From Elusimicrobiota bacterium (lineage in GTDB: Bacteria; Elusimicrobiota; Elusimicrobia; UBA1565; UBA9628): DNA of 64,000 nt. This document shows, piece by piece, positions 25,966-34,792 of this stretch (the first letter of the stretch is position 1; each line of letters starts with the position of its first letter). Made by a program: the position numbers and the translations under genes. The notes under the pieces were generated by a model, which had not been told where the DNA came from, did not search any database, and was given only the letters and a program-made list of their open reading frames with translations. The DNA is taken from the NCBI GenBank assembly GCA_026388095.1, contig JAPLKL010000041.1, positions 36,016-100,015 of the forward strand, read 5' to 3'.

Positions 25966-27975
25966 TTAAAAAATTGTGAAGAGGCGCCAGCCGACTCGGT
26001 AGCGCGCCAGCGCGAAGCCCTGCCGCCGCGCCGACGGCCCCGCGAGCACCAGGATATCCTCGGTCTTCGACCCGGCCCCTGCCCCGTCAGCCTGGGCCGC
26101 CGTCAAGCCGACGACGTTCTCATCCAACGCGACGGCCCAGGCCGGCGCGAAGGCTTCGTTGGCGAGGTCGAACGCCATGAGCCGCCGGCTGCGGGAATCC
26201 CAGAGCCAGAGGCGGCCCCCCAGCCACTGCATGGCGGCGGGCAGGACGTCGGCTTCCAGCGGATAGGCCTTGGCGTCGGTCTCCTCGGCTCCGTGCCGGT
26301 AGAGGCGCTTGTTGAAGGCGTCGTAGGACCACAGGGCCTGGCCGTCCCAGGCGAGCGCCGTGGGCGCGGGCCCGGGCGCCGGCTTGGCGTAGAGCACGGT
26401 CCCGGGGTCATCCGGCTGGTGGCGGACGATGCGGGCCTGGGCGGCGTCCAAGGTGTAGAACCGCTCTCCGCCCAAGGCCAGGGCCACGGGTCGGTAGGCG
26501 CCGATGCCTGAGACGCTCGCGCTGCTCACGGGCGCCCGGAGGTCCGCAGGGTCGAAAGCCTCCAGGGTCCCCTTCCAATCCGACACCCACAGGCGCTTCC
26601 CGTCGGACGCCAGCGCGGTCGGGTGGTCCAGAGCCAGGCCGCGGGTGGTCAGCGGCTTGAGGCTCCATGCGCTCAGCCAGCGTCCCAGAGGCCACGCCGC
26701 GGCCAGGAGCAGGCCCGCCGCGACCGCCGCCGGCCCGAGCCAGCGCCGCCGCGGCGCGGCGGCGCGCAAGGGCGCGCCGTCCCCGGAGGGCTGGCGTTCT
26801 CCGTTCCCGGAGGGGGCCGGGAGCTTGCGCTCCAGCTCGGCGACGCGTTCCATCACCGCGGCCAGCTTCTGGGAAGCGGCCGAAGCCTCGGGCAGGCTGC
26901 GCGCAAGCTGCTCCGCGGGCTTGACCGGGGCTTGGTCTTTGGCCGAAACCTCGGCGCGCGAGGCCTCGCGCTCCTTGCGCAGGCCCTCTTCCCAGGCCGA
27001 CCGTTCCTGGCGCAGGCTCTCATCCCGGGCGGCGAGCTCGAGGCGCCGGGCCTCCCAGGCCTCGCGCTCCTTGCGCAGGTTCTCCTCCCACGCGGCGAGC
27101 TCGAGGCGCCGGGCCTCCCAGGCCTCGCGCTCCTTGCGCAGGTTCTCCTCCCAGGAGGAGAGCTCGAGGCGCCGGGTCTCCCGGGCCGAGCGCTCCTGGT
27201 CCCAGAGCTCGCGCCACTGCCCGCGCTCCTTCTCCCAGACGCGGGAGAGATCCTCGCAGCGCCCTTCCACCTCCGCGATCCTCTTGACCGCCTGGGATTG
27301 CTCGCCTTCGGACTCCTGATGCGCGTGCCGCTCGCGCAGGAGCTCGGCCAGCGTCTTCTCCAGGGCCGCTTGGGTCTGCTCGAGGCCCGTCGAGAGGCGC
27401 GCCGCCGCGTCCTCGGCCCGCTGGGAATCCTCCTGGCGGCGGGCGGCCGCAGCCTGGAGCTCCTGCAGGTCCAGCAGATACTGCTGCTCTTTCTTCTCCC
27501 AGCGCCGCTGCTCCTCTCGCCAGCGGGCGCCTTCGGCTCCGGCCGATTCGCGCGCGGCGTCGACCAGGGCCTTGAGGTCCCGGCGCTCGGCCTCGTGCGC
27601 GGCGCGCTCGTCGGCGAGGGCCTTCTGCGCGGCCTCCAAGCGGGAGCCCACGTCGAGGACCTCGGCGACCACGAGCTCGTCGTCGGCGCGCACCTTCTGG
27701 CGCAGGGAACCCAGCTCGGTCTCCAGCAAGGCTTGGCGTTCCTTCAGGGCGCGCAGCGCCTTTTCCCGGGCCTCCAGGAGCTCGTGCCAGCGGGCTTCCT
27801 GGCGGCGGTACTGGCTCTTGAGCATGGCCACCGTCTCCCAGGCCACTTCGTTGGCCGTGGCCACGGATGCGGCAGGCGTCGGCGCGGGGTCGGCCGGGGC
27901 GGCGGAGGCCGCGCCGACCTTCTCCCAGAGCCGGCTGATCTCCTTGTGCAGGTCGTCCGGAGAGGCTTTTTCCAC
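25966..27975 (-). CDS. Coiled-coil, single TM, beta-propeller-like protein
   Basis: E/R/A/W-rich heptad region, TM WLGPAAVAAGLLLAAAWPLG, repeats ALASDGKRLWVSD and ALAWDGQALWSYD. Confidence 0.75.
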   Translation of the reverse strand: MEKASPDDLHKEISRLWEKVGAASAAPADPAPTPAASVATANEVAWETVAMLKSQYRRQEARWHELLEAREKALRALKERQALLETELGSLRQKVRADDELVVAEVLDVGSRLEAAQKALADERAAHEAERRDLKALVDAARESAGAEGARWREEQRRWEKKEQQYLLDLQELQAAAARRQEDSQRAEDAAARLSTGLEQTQAALEKTLAELLRERHAHQESEGEQSQAVKRIAEVEGRCEDLSRVWEKERGQWRELWDQERSARETRRLELSSWEENLRKEREAWEARRLELAAWEENLRKEREAWEARRLELAARDESLRQERSAWEEGLRKEREASRAEVSAKDQAPVKPAEQLARSLPEASAASQKLAAVMERVAELERKLPAPSGNGERQPSGDGAPLRAAAPRRRWLGPAAVAAGLLLAAAWPLGRWLSAWSLKPLTTRGLALDHPTALASDGKRLWVSDWKGTLEAFDPADLRAPVSSASVSGIGAYRPVALALGGERFYTLDAAQARIVRHQPDDPGTVLYAKPAPGPAPTALAWDGQALWSYDAFNKRLYRHGAEETDAKAYPLEADVLPAAMQWLGGRLWLWDSRSRRLMAFDLANEAFAPAWAVALDENVVGLTAAQADGAGAGSKTEDILVLAGPSARRQGFALARYRVGWRLFTIF
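27029..27176. repeat. In-frame 63-bp tandem repeat (about 2.3 copies)
   Basis: Unit restarts at 27029 and 27092; encodes RRLELxxWEENLRKEREAWEA. Confidence 0.9.
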
Positions 27976-28087
27976 AGCGCGAACCAGTTTAGCAGACCGG
28001 AATTGGAAGTGGTGTCGGAATTGTTAAGCAGAGCCGGGCCTGCGGGCCATTACGGCTCCCTGGGGCGTTATGATATCATGGCCGCTG

Positions 28088-30004
28088 ATGGACCGCGAAG
28101 AATCCTCCCCCTGGAGTTGTCTCATCGCGGCCGCCCTCCTGGCCCAGATGCTCTGGCTCGGGGCCAACACGGCCTACGATCCGGACACTTGGTGGCACCT
28201 CAAGACCGGGCAGCTGGTCTTCCAGACCCATTCCATCCCCACGCGCGACCCCTACTCCTACGTCCTGGCGGGCCGGCCCTGGACCACCTTCGAGTGGCTC
28301 TTCCAGGTCGTCATCTACCTCGCCTACGCCGGGGCCGGCGCGGCCGGCGTGGCCGCGCTGCGCGTGGGCCTGCTGGCCGGAGCATTCCTGCTCCTCCTGC
28401 GCTTGGCGGGCGGCGGGTTCTGGGCCGGCATCCTGACTTCTTTGGCCGCGCTGGCGGCCAGGGATTTCTTCGTGACCAGACCGCAGGTCTTCGACTACCT
28501 CCTGCTCGTATTCTATCTCTCGGTGGTCGACCGCTGCCGCGGCCGGCCGGGCCGCCTGGCCTGGCTGCTGCCCGGCCTGCAGGTCCTCTGGGTCAACCTC
28601 CACGGAGGGGCGGCGCTTCTGGGAGTGGGGTTAGTGGGACTCAGAGCGGCGGTCGCCGCCCTGCCGGGACAGAGGCAAGACAGAGCCCTGGGGCCCTGGC
28701 TGACCCTGACCGGAGCCTGCCTGGCAGCCATGCTCGTCAATCCCCACGGGCCCGGGATATTCACCCATGCCTACGCGACCCTCTTCTTCCCCGGCCAGGA
28801 GCTGATCAACGAATGGCGGCCGGTGGCCTCTCTGCTGAGTTGGCAGGGGGCGTGCCTCGCCGTGGGGGCCGTGGCCGCGGTCTGGTCCTGGGAGTCCGAA
28901 CCGCACCTGGCTCTGACCGCTTTGGTCCTGGGCGTCATGGGCTGCCTCCAGGTGCGGCATGTGTCTTTGGCCATGCTGGCCGCGGCGCCCCTGGCCGCCC
29001 GGCTGCTCGCGCGCCTGCGGCCCGTGCCCATCGGCCGACGCTCGGCCCTGGGCGCCGTCGTGGTGATGGCCGCCTGGTCGGCCCTCTTCATCCATCAGCG
29101 CGTCGGGTACCTGGAGAACGTCGGCGCGGGCCTGGAGGAGCTGCCGGACCGGGCCATCCGGTATCTCGACGACAACGACGTCTCGGGCCGGATGTTCCAC
29201 ACCTACAACATGGGCGGGTATCTCATCTGGAAGACCTGGCCGCGCCGGCAGGTCTTCGTGGACGGCCGCAACGTGGAGTATGGCCCGGACTTCATCGCGC
29301 AGGCTCTGAACTGGACTCGCCCGGAGGTCTGGCCGCGGCTCGACGCCCAGTGGCGGTTCGACTACGCCGTCATCGGGAACTCCCCGGGCTACGTGGCTGA
29401 GGTCCTGGACGACTCGCCGCAATGGGCCCTGGTCTTCTGGGACGACGCGGCCCTGGTGTACCTGAGGCGCACGCCGGCCAACGCCGCCCTCATCCGGCGC
29501 GACGCCTACCGCCTGCTCAAGCCCAACCAACTCACCTTCGCCTATCTCGCCGAGGACCTGCGCGACCGCCGCAAGGCCGCGGCCGTGCTGGCCGAACTCG
29601 ACCGCTCCGTGCGATCTTCGGACCGCAACGTGGACGCCTGCCAGATGCGGGCCTACGTCCTCTCCGAGCTGGGCCGCCCCGCGGACGCCGTCCGGGACCT
29701 GCAGGGCGTCATCCGACGCTTCCCGCGCAAGCCCGGCCCGTACATGTCTCTGGGCTGGTTCCATGAGCGGGCGGGACGTCTTTTGGCGGCGCGGCAGGTC
29801 TACGAGGAAGGGGTGCGCATGGCGAAGTGGAACTCGGACCGGACCTCGCGGGCCTTTCTGGAGAATAACCTCGGATCCATCGAGCTGCGGCTCGGCAACC
29901 GCGAACGCGCCCGCGAGCTGTTCGAGGACTGCTTGGCGCTGGAGCCCAGCCATCCCCAGGCTCGGCGCAACCTCCAGATCTTGGATCAGTCCGCTAAGAA
30001 GTAG
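28088..30004 (+). CDS. Multi-TM membrane protein (GT-C-like) with C-terminal TPRs
   Basis: DPDTWWHLKTG...DPYS...W..FEWLFQ loop motif, many TMs, VFVDGR, TPRs; start after TGnTATCAT. Confidence 0.75.
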   Translation: MDREESSPWSCLIAAALLAQMLWLGANTAYDPDTWWHLKTGQLVFQTHSIPTRDPYSYVLAGRPWTTFEWLFQVVIYLAYAGAGAAGVAALRVGLLAGAFLLLLRLAGGGFWAGILTSLAALAARDFFVTRPQVFDYLLLVFYLSVVDRCRGRPGRLAWLLPGLQVLWVNLHGGAALLGVGLVGLRAAVAALPGQRQDRALGPWLTLTGACLAAMLVNPHGPGIFTHAYATLFFPGQELINEWRPVASLLSWQGACLAVGAVAAVWSWESEPHLALTALVLGVMGCLQVRHVSLAMLAAAPLAARLLARLRPVPIGRRSALGAVVVMAAWSALFIHQRVGYLENVGAGLEELPDRAIRYLDDNDVSGRMFHTYNMGGYLIWKTWPRRQVFVDGRNVEYGPDFIAQALNWTRPEVWPRLDAQWRFDYAVIGNSPGYVAEVLDDSPQWALVFWDDAALVYLRRTPANAALIRRDAYRLLKPNQLTFAYLAEDLRDRRKAAAVLAELDRSVRSSDRNVDACQMRAYVLSELGRPADAVRDLQGVIRRFPRKPGPYMSLGWFHERAGRLLAARQVYEEGVRMAKWNSDRTSRAFLENNLGSIELRLGNRERARELFEDCLALEPSHPQARRNLQILDQSAKK

Positions 30005-31564
30005 TCAGGGCGCAGGCTCGACCTGGAGACGGTAGTCCTCGGGGTCCAATGCCGCGGCTGTGACATAGTCCCTTTGCGCGCCGGGGTCGCGGCGGGCGTC
30101 GCGCAGCGTCCCGTCGAGGTAATGGGCGAAGGCGTAGCTGAGCAGGATGTCGCGCACGTAGCTCTCCTCCCGTTGCAAGGCCTGGCCGCGCCTGAGCGCG
30201 GAGAATTCCCAGGCCGGGCCTTGGGGCTCGGCGCTCTGGACCAAGCCGGCCGGGTGCAGGCTCTCCTGGCTCATGCCCATGGCCGCCAGGTTGGCCAGAG
30301 AGAGTCCCAGGACGAAGCGCGGCCGGACGCCCGGTTGCGCGTCCTTGTAGAAGACCAGCCTGCGGCCTTGGCCGTCCGGATGCGCCAGGTCGAGGTAGCG
30401 CGAGGCGTAGAGGGCTGTGTCGCCTCCGACCACGGCCGTGCTGCCCGGAGGCAGGGCCCGGCGCAGGTCCTTGGCGTAGTCGTAGGCCGAGAAGTCGTCG
30501 CGGTGGCAGCAGTCGGCCGCGTTCTGCCACAACGAGCCGGCCACGGCGGCCGCGCCCAGCAGCAACCCGGCCGCCTGCTTGCGCCGCATGAGCCACGCCA
30601 GGCCGAAGCCCGAGCAGAGGCAGACCACGACCGCGGGCGCGACCAGGGCCGATTCCATGACGGTGCGCGCCACCCAGCCGCTGAGGTCGAAGCGTGTGGC
30701 CAGGAAGAAGGCCGGGCCGAAGCCCAGGAAGACGAGGAGCAGGCCGGCCGCGAAGCGCCGGCTGATGCGCCAGGCCTGCCAGGCTCCCAGCGCGGCCAGG
30801 CCCAGGACCACGGGGGACATGCCCTGCCAAAGGGCTTTGCAGAAATATCCCAGCAGGCTCGCTGCCAGGGGCAGGCTGAGGGGGCGGCTCAAGCCCGCGG
30901 AGAGCTGGAAGGTCCCGTATTCCTGCCTCGTGAACATGGCCCAGGCGCGGCCCAGGCTGCCCAGGTTCGCCCACAGGAACAGATACGGGGAGAGGCCCAG
31001 CAGGAAGAGCGGCAGGCAGGCCTTGACCAGGAACCGGCGGTTATCAGCGGCGGAAAGTTCCCCCCACCACAGCACGGCCAGGCCGGGCACGGCAAGGACG
31101 AAGGCCTGGTGGTTGGCCAGACCCAGACCGAGGAGCAAGGCGCTTGCGGCCAGGCGCCGCCACCTGGTCGCATCCTCCTGCCCGGGCCCCGGGGCCAGGA
31201 GCAGCAGGAGCGCGAGGCACAAGCCATGCAGAGAGTACATCTCGCAGAGCAGGCTGAACTTCCACAAGGGGGCGCTGAAGGCCAGGGCCAAGGCCGCGGC
31301 CAGGGCGGGCAGGAGGCCGCAGGACCGGGACAGGAGCAGGAACACGGTCGTGGCGCAGCCGGCCCCGGCAGCGGCGGACATGAGGTTGAGCCTGTAGGCC
31401 GGGTCGCCCCAGGGCATAAGGAAGAGCCACGCCTTGCCCAGCAGGACGTAGAGCGGATAGCCGGGAGGATGCGCGGGCATGAAGGCCAGCACCGCGCTGG
31501 CCAGGTCGCCGCTGTCGCGGGGCGCGACGGTGGGATAGGCCGTGTACGCGTAAGTCGCGAACAC
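30005..31564 (-). CDS. DUF2723/TMEM260-like membrane glycosyltransferase
   Basis: DSGDLA...AHPPGYPLYVLLG...RLNLMSA...EMYSL...ANHQ; start uncertain. Confidence 0.8.
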   Translation of the reverse strand: MFATYAYTAYPTVAPRDSGDLASAVLAFMPAHPPGYPLYVLLGKAWLFLMPWGDPAYRLNLMSAAAGAGCATTVFLLLSRSCGLLPALAAALALAFSAPLWKFSLLCEMYSLHGLCLALLLLLAPGPGQEDATRWRRLAASALLLGLGLANHQAFVLAVPGLAVLWWGELSAADNRRFLVKACLPLFLLGLSPYLFLWANLGSLGRAWAMFTRQEYGTFQLSAGLSRPLSLPLAASLLGYFCKALWQGMSPVVLGLAALGAWQAWRISRRFAAGLLLVFLGFGPAFFLATRFDLSGWVARTVMESALVAPAVVVCLCSGFGLAWLMRRKQAAGLLLGAAAVAGSLWQNAADCCHRDDFSAYDYAKDLRRALPPGSTAVVGGDTALYASRYLDLAHPDGQGRRLVFYKDAQPGVRPRFVLGLSLANLAAMGMSQESLHPAGLVQSAEPQGPAWEFSALRRGQALQREESYVRDILLSYAFAHYLDGTLRDARRDPGAQRDYVTAAALDPEDYRLQVEPAP

Positions 31565-31624
31565 GCCCAGGAAGACCAGCGCCGCCGTCGTCCGGTTAGT
31601 CGTATGAGGAATAACCCCTCTTCA

Positions 31625-31655
31625 CGTTTGCCGGCCCCGAGGGGGCCGGCAAACG
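31625..31655. repeat. Perfect 14-bp inverted repeat with 3-nt loop
   Basis: cgtttgccggcccc-gag-ggggccggcaaacg. Confidence 0.85.
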
Positions 31656-31912
31656 GTATGATACAACACACGGAGCCGGGAAAACCGCCGATGCGGCAGC
31701 TTGGAAGCGCGTCTAGGCAGCGCCTGCCCTATGCCGGCTTATCGTGGCCAGGGGGATTGCCCGGCCGGTCGGGCCCGGGACGGGCACGGCGCGGGCCTCC
31801 AGGCCTAGCAAGAGCAACGACAGGACCAGCGCGCCGCGGCAGCTTCGTGTTCTCATGGCGCTCTCCAGGGACGCAGTTCCGGCTATGATATCATAGGCGG
31901 AGAGGTGGGAGA

Positions 31913-34006
31913 TTGAAGGCCGGCGCCTGCAGACTGATCCTCCTGACCGCGGTCTTGGCCGTGGGCGCCGTCGTCCGTCTCGGCGCCGCGGAAGGCGACC
32001 GCCTGATCCCGCTGGGCGAGATCCCGCCGAGCGGAGGGCCGGGCCTGAGCGAGCACGAGCCGGGCCCGGAGGAGCTCAAGGCCCGCGACCAAAGGCTCGA
32101 CGCCTTCGCCCGAATCCTGCGCGCGGCGGTCCAGGTCGCGCACCGCGAGGCGGGGCGTCGCTACGTCGACATCGCGGAACTGCTCCTCGACCCTGCGCCG
32201 CGGGCCGGCCAGGAGTTGGCCACGATCGGTCTGGCCGCTTTCCCCTATTACGGCGGCGATCTGAGCCTGGGTCATGACCTGTCCGGCGCGATCTCGCTGC
32301 CGGTGCTCGTCTCCGAGATGCCGCCCGCGCAGCGCGCCCGGATCGCTGACCTGAGGCGCCGCCAGAACCCGCCGCCCGACGATATCATGCCGTCGGTGTC
32401 CCATCCGCCGCATGTCCTCTCCGTTCGCGGCCGGCTGGCCGGCGACGCCCAGAGCGGGTACCACCTCCAGGCGACCGGATTCCGCGATCTCGGCGCCGTG
32501 CCCCCGAACGGGCACCACTGCCTGAGCGACCTGGTCCTCGGCAGCAAGGCCATGTACCCGGACGACCTCCTGTCCATGCGCGAGAAGCTCCTAAGCGCCC
32601 TGGACGAGCTGAAGAGAGCGGGGACCCATGCGTTCGTGCCGTTCGCAGACCTTATGCTCGACAGCGAGCGCTACCTCGGGCGGGACGTGGCGACCTTCGG
32701 CGCGCCGCAAGGCGTGGAGGCCAATGCCCAGAATTCCTATTTCAGCCTGCGCGACAGCCTCGGCTATCGGTACAGCCTGAAGGTCGTGATGTCGGGCCTG
32801 CCATTGCAGGAGCGCGCCCTGGTGCTGCGATCGGGGTGGTCCAGTCTGCTGATGGTCCAGGGCCGTTTCGCCCGGACGCCGGACGGCGTCTACTATCTCT
32901 CGGCATCCAGCTGCGCCGGCATGGGCGACTCCGACTACCGGAGCTCGACCGAGATCCTGGCGCCGGAGTTGGAGCCCTTGGTGCCTTTCGACGGCAGCAT
33001 CAGAGGCTTCCGGCGCAAGGCCTCGCGGTCCGTGGTGCCCGAGTCCGAGCTCCGCGCCCGGCTCGACGAGTTCGCCGAGAGCCTGCGCGCCTCGGTCGAG
33101 AGCATCAAGAACGACCCGGCGCACGTCTTCGCCGAAGTGGGCGACATCGGTTTCGATCCGCGCGCCTACATGGACCGGCGCCTGGCCGTCCTGGGCGCCC
33201 CCACGGAGGTGGCAGCCCTGGACCCGCGAGCCAATCTCAAGCTGGGCAGCCACGTCATGGGCGGGCTGCGCCTCCCGGTCTCGATCGCGAGGTTCCCGCC
33301 GGAGATGCGCAAGGGGGTCCTGAGAGCCGAAGATCGCCATGTGCTGGTCATCCGAGGCTATCTGCGGCGCAGCGAGGATGGGAGGCATTTCCTCGACGCC
33401 ACGGGCTACGCGGATCTGGGAGGCCCCCCCGCCGGCCTGCTGAAGAAACTGTCGGTGGCGGACCTCATGCGGGGGAGCGCGGCGTTGGTCCTCCCGACCC
33501 TGTCCGCCGCGCGCCAGAAGGTGGCCGAGGCCAAGGTGGAGCTGGAACGGGACCAGGCGCGTCCTTTCGTCGACCTCCTCCGCCTGGCGCAGGAGCCGGC
33601 GGCGCATCTCGACCGCGACGTGGCCACGATCGGCGTCCCCGGGCAGGTCGTGGCCAACACGCGCGGCGCCTACGCCGATGCCTGGTCGACCTTGGATCCG
33701 GACTATGAGAAAACCCTCATCCTCTGCATCTCCCCTCTGCCGCTGCAGGACAAGAAGGAGCTCCTGCGCCTGGCGTCGCCGTGGCACGCGCTCGTGCTCA
33801 GGGGCAAGGTCCGGGCCATGGAGAAAGGGCACTGCCTGGAGCTGACGGGCTATGAGGACATCGGTCCCTTCCCTCGGGTCGTGACGCCTACGGGGAGCCC
33901 CTTCATGCCATGGAAGTCCACGGCCGCATGCCCTCCGGGGAAGACCGCGATCCTCTGCAACTGGCCGTTCCTCGGCGACATGTACTGCGCCGAGCCGAAG
34001 CGCTAG
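31913..34006 (+). CDS. Exported hypothetical protein with four internal OB-fold-like repeats
   Basis: Signal-like N-terminus; four repeats of F.D...L..DP..Y....VA..G ... L..rG.......L.AtGy.DlG. Confidence 0.7.
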   Translation: MKAGACRLILLTAVLAVGAVVRLGAAEGDRLIPLGEIPPSGGPGLSEHEPGPEELKARDQRLDAFARILRAAVQVAHREAGRRYVDIAELLLDPAPRAGQELATIGLAAFPYYGGDLSLGHDLSGAISLPVLVSEMPPAQRARIADLRRRQNPPPDDIMPSVSHPPHVLSVRGRLAGDAQSGYHLQATGFRDLGAVPPNGHHCLSDLVLGSKAMYPDDLLSMREKLLSALDELKRAGTHAFVPFADLMLDSERYLGRDVATFGAPQGVEANAQNSYFSLRDSLGYRYSLKVVMSGLPLQERALVLRSGWSSLLMVQGRFARTPDGVYYLSASSCAGMGDSDYRSSTEILAPELEPLVPFDGSIRGFRRKASRSVVPESELRARLDEFAESLRASVESIKNDPAHVFAEVGDIGFDPRAYMDRRLAVLGAPTEVAALDPRANLKLGSHVMGGLRLPVSIARFPPEMRKGVLRAEDRHVLVIRGYLRRSEDGRHFLDATGYADLGGPPAGLLKKLSVADLMRGSAALVLPTLSAARQKVAEAKVELERDQARPFVDLLRLAQEPAAHLDRDVATIGVPGQVVANTRGAYADAWSTLDPDYEKTLILCISPLPLQDKKELLRLASPWHALVLRGKVRAMEKGHCLELTGYEDIGPFPRVVTPTGSPFMPWKSTAACPPGKTAILCNWPFLGDMYCAEPKR

Positions 34007-34588
34007 CTAGCGGCTGGAGCAGCAGCTCCAGGATGCCGGAGCATTGCCCATGTCGTCGGGACCCTGGACCGAGACCAGGACGGCCTGGTGCGCCGTCCAG
34101 GTGCGCTTACCGCCCGTCCCGAAGTCCTTGGCCAGGCCGGCCGGCAGGCTTCCCATCCTGGCGCCGCCGCCCAGCCTGCGTCCCCAGTCCGTCCGGTCCC
34201 CGCAGACCTGGCAGCCGCCCGGCGCCATGACGAGCGCAAGGGCGTCCCGCGGGACATCGTTGAACTCAACGGCCGGGACCTCCCGCGACGGAGCCGGCGC
34301 GAGGGGGACCTCTGTTGCGGCCTGCGCCGAAGGCGCAGGTGCCGAAGGCTCAGGTGCGGACGGCCGGGCTGCGGCGGCCGGACGCGCGACCGGGACTGGG
34401 GGCGTCGGCGGCCGGCCGGGTCCGATCCTGAAGGCCACGGCCAGGGCCAAGGCTCCGGCGACGACGATGATGGCCGGCCCCAGCCATCTCCGAACTGAGC
34501 CGGCGTCCGGCTCCCGCCGTATGGGCGCCAGCATCGGCTGCGGGGATGGACGGGACTCCTGGGGGTCGGTTCGCGGGTCAGAGGACAT
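34007..34588 (-). CDS. Single-TM protein with Pro/Ala linker and Cys-containing C-terminal domain
   Basis: TM LGPAIIVVAGALALAVAF, Pro-rich linker, CQVC and CC; TATAAT upstream. Confidence 0.6.
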   Translation of the reverse strand: MSSDPRTDPQESRPSPQPMLAPIRREPDAGSVRRWLGPAIIVVAGALALAVAFRIGPGRPPTPPVPVARPAAAARPSAPEPSAPAPSAQAATEVPLAPAPSREVPAVEFNDVPRDALALVMAPGGCQVCGDRTDWGRRLGGGARMGSLPAGLAKDFGTGGKRTWTAHQAVLVSVQGPDDMGNAPASWSCCSSR

Positions 34589-34792
34589 TGCGGTAGGGCC
34601 TATGCCGGCCTTGTCTGTGATATTATAGCCGACAGTCGGCTATGAGCGGAGCCCTCTTTACCCTGCTTTCGTCCATAATTCGTATATTTTTTTTCTGTCG
34701 GCAATGGGTCCATACCACCTTCTTGGTAGCATATCACTAGAGCCGGGCCCGGAGAGCCGTATGAGCCCAGAACCGCGATGGGAACAGAGCCG

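Noticed and set aside
27029-27176. Direct repeats as a CRISPR array
   Set aside because: Contiguous in-frame coding repeats with no spacers and no cas genes
26623-29400. 925-aa plus-strand ORF spanning a divergent promoter
   Set aside because: Arg/Gly/Pro-rich off-frame and antisense translation of two real genes
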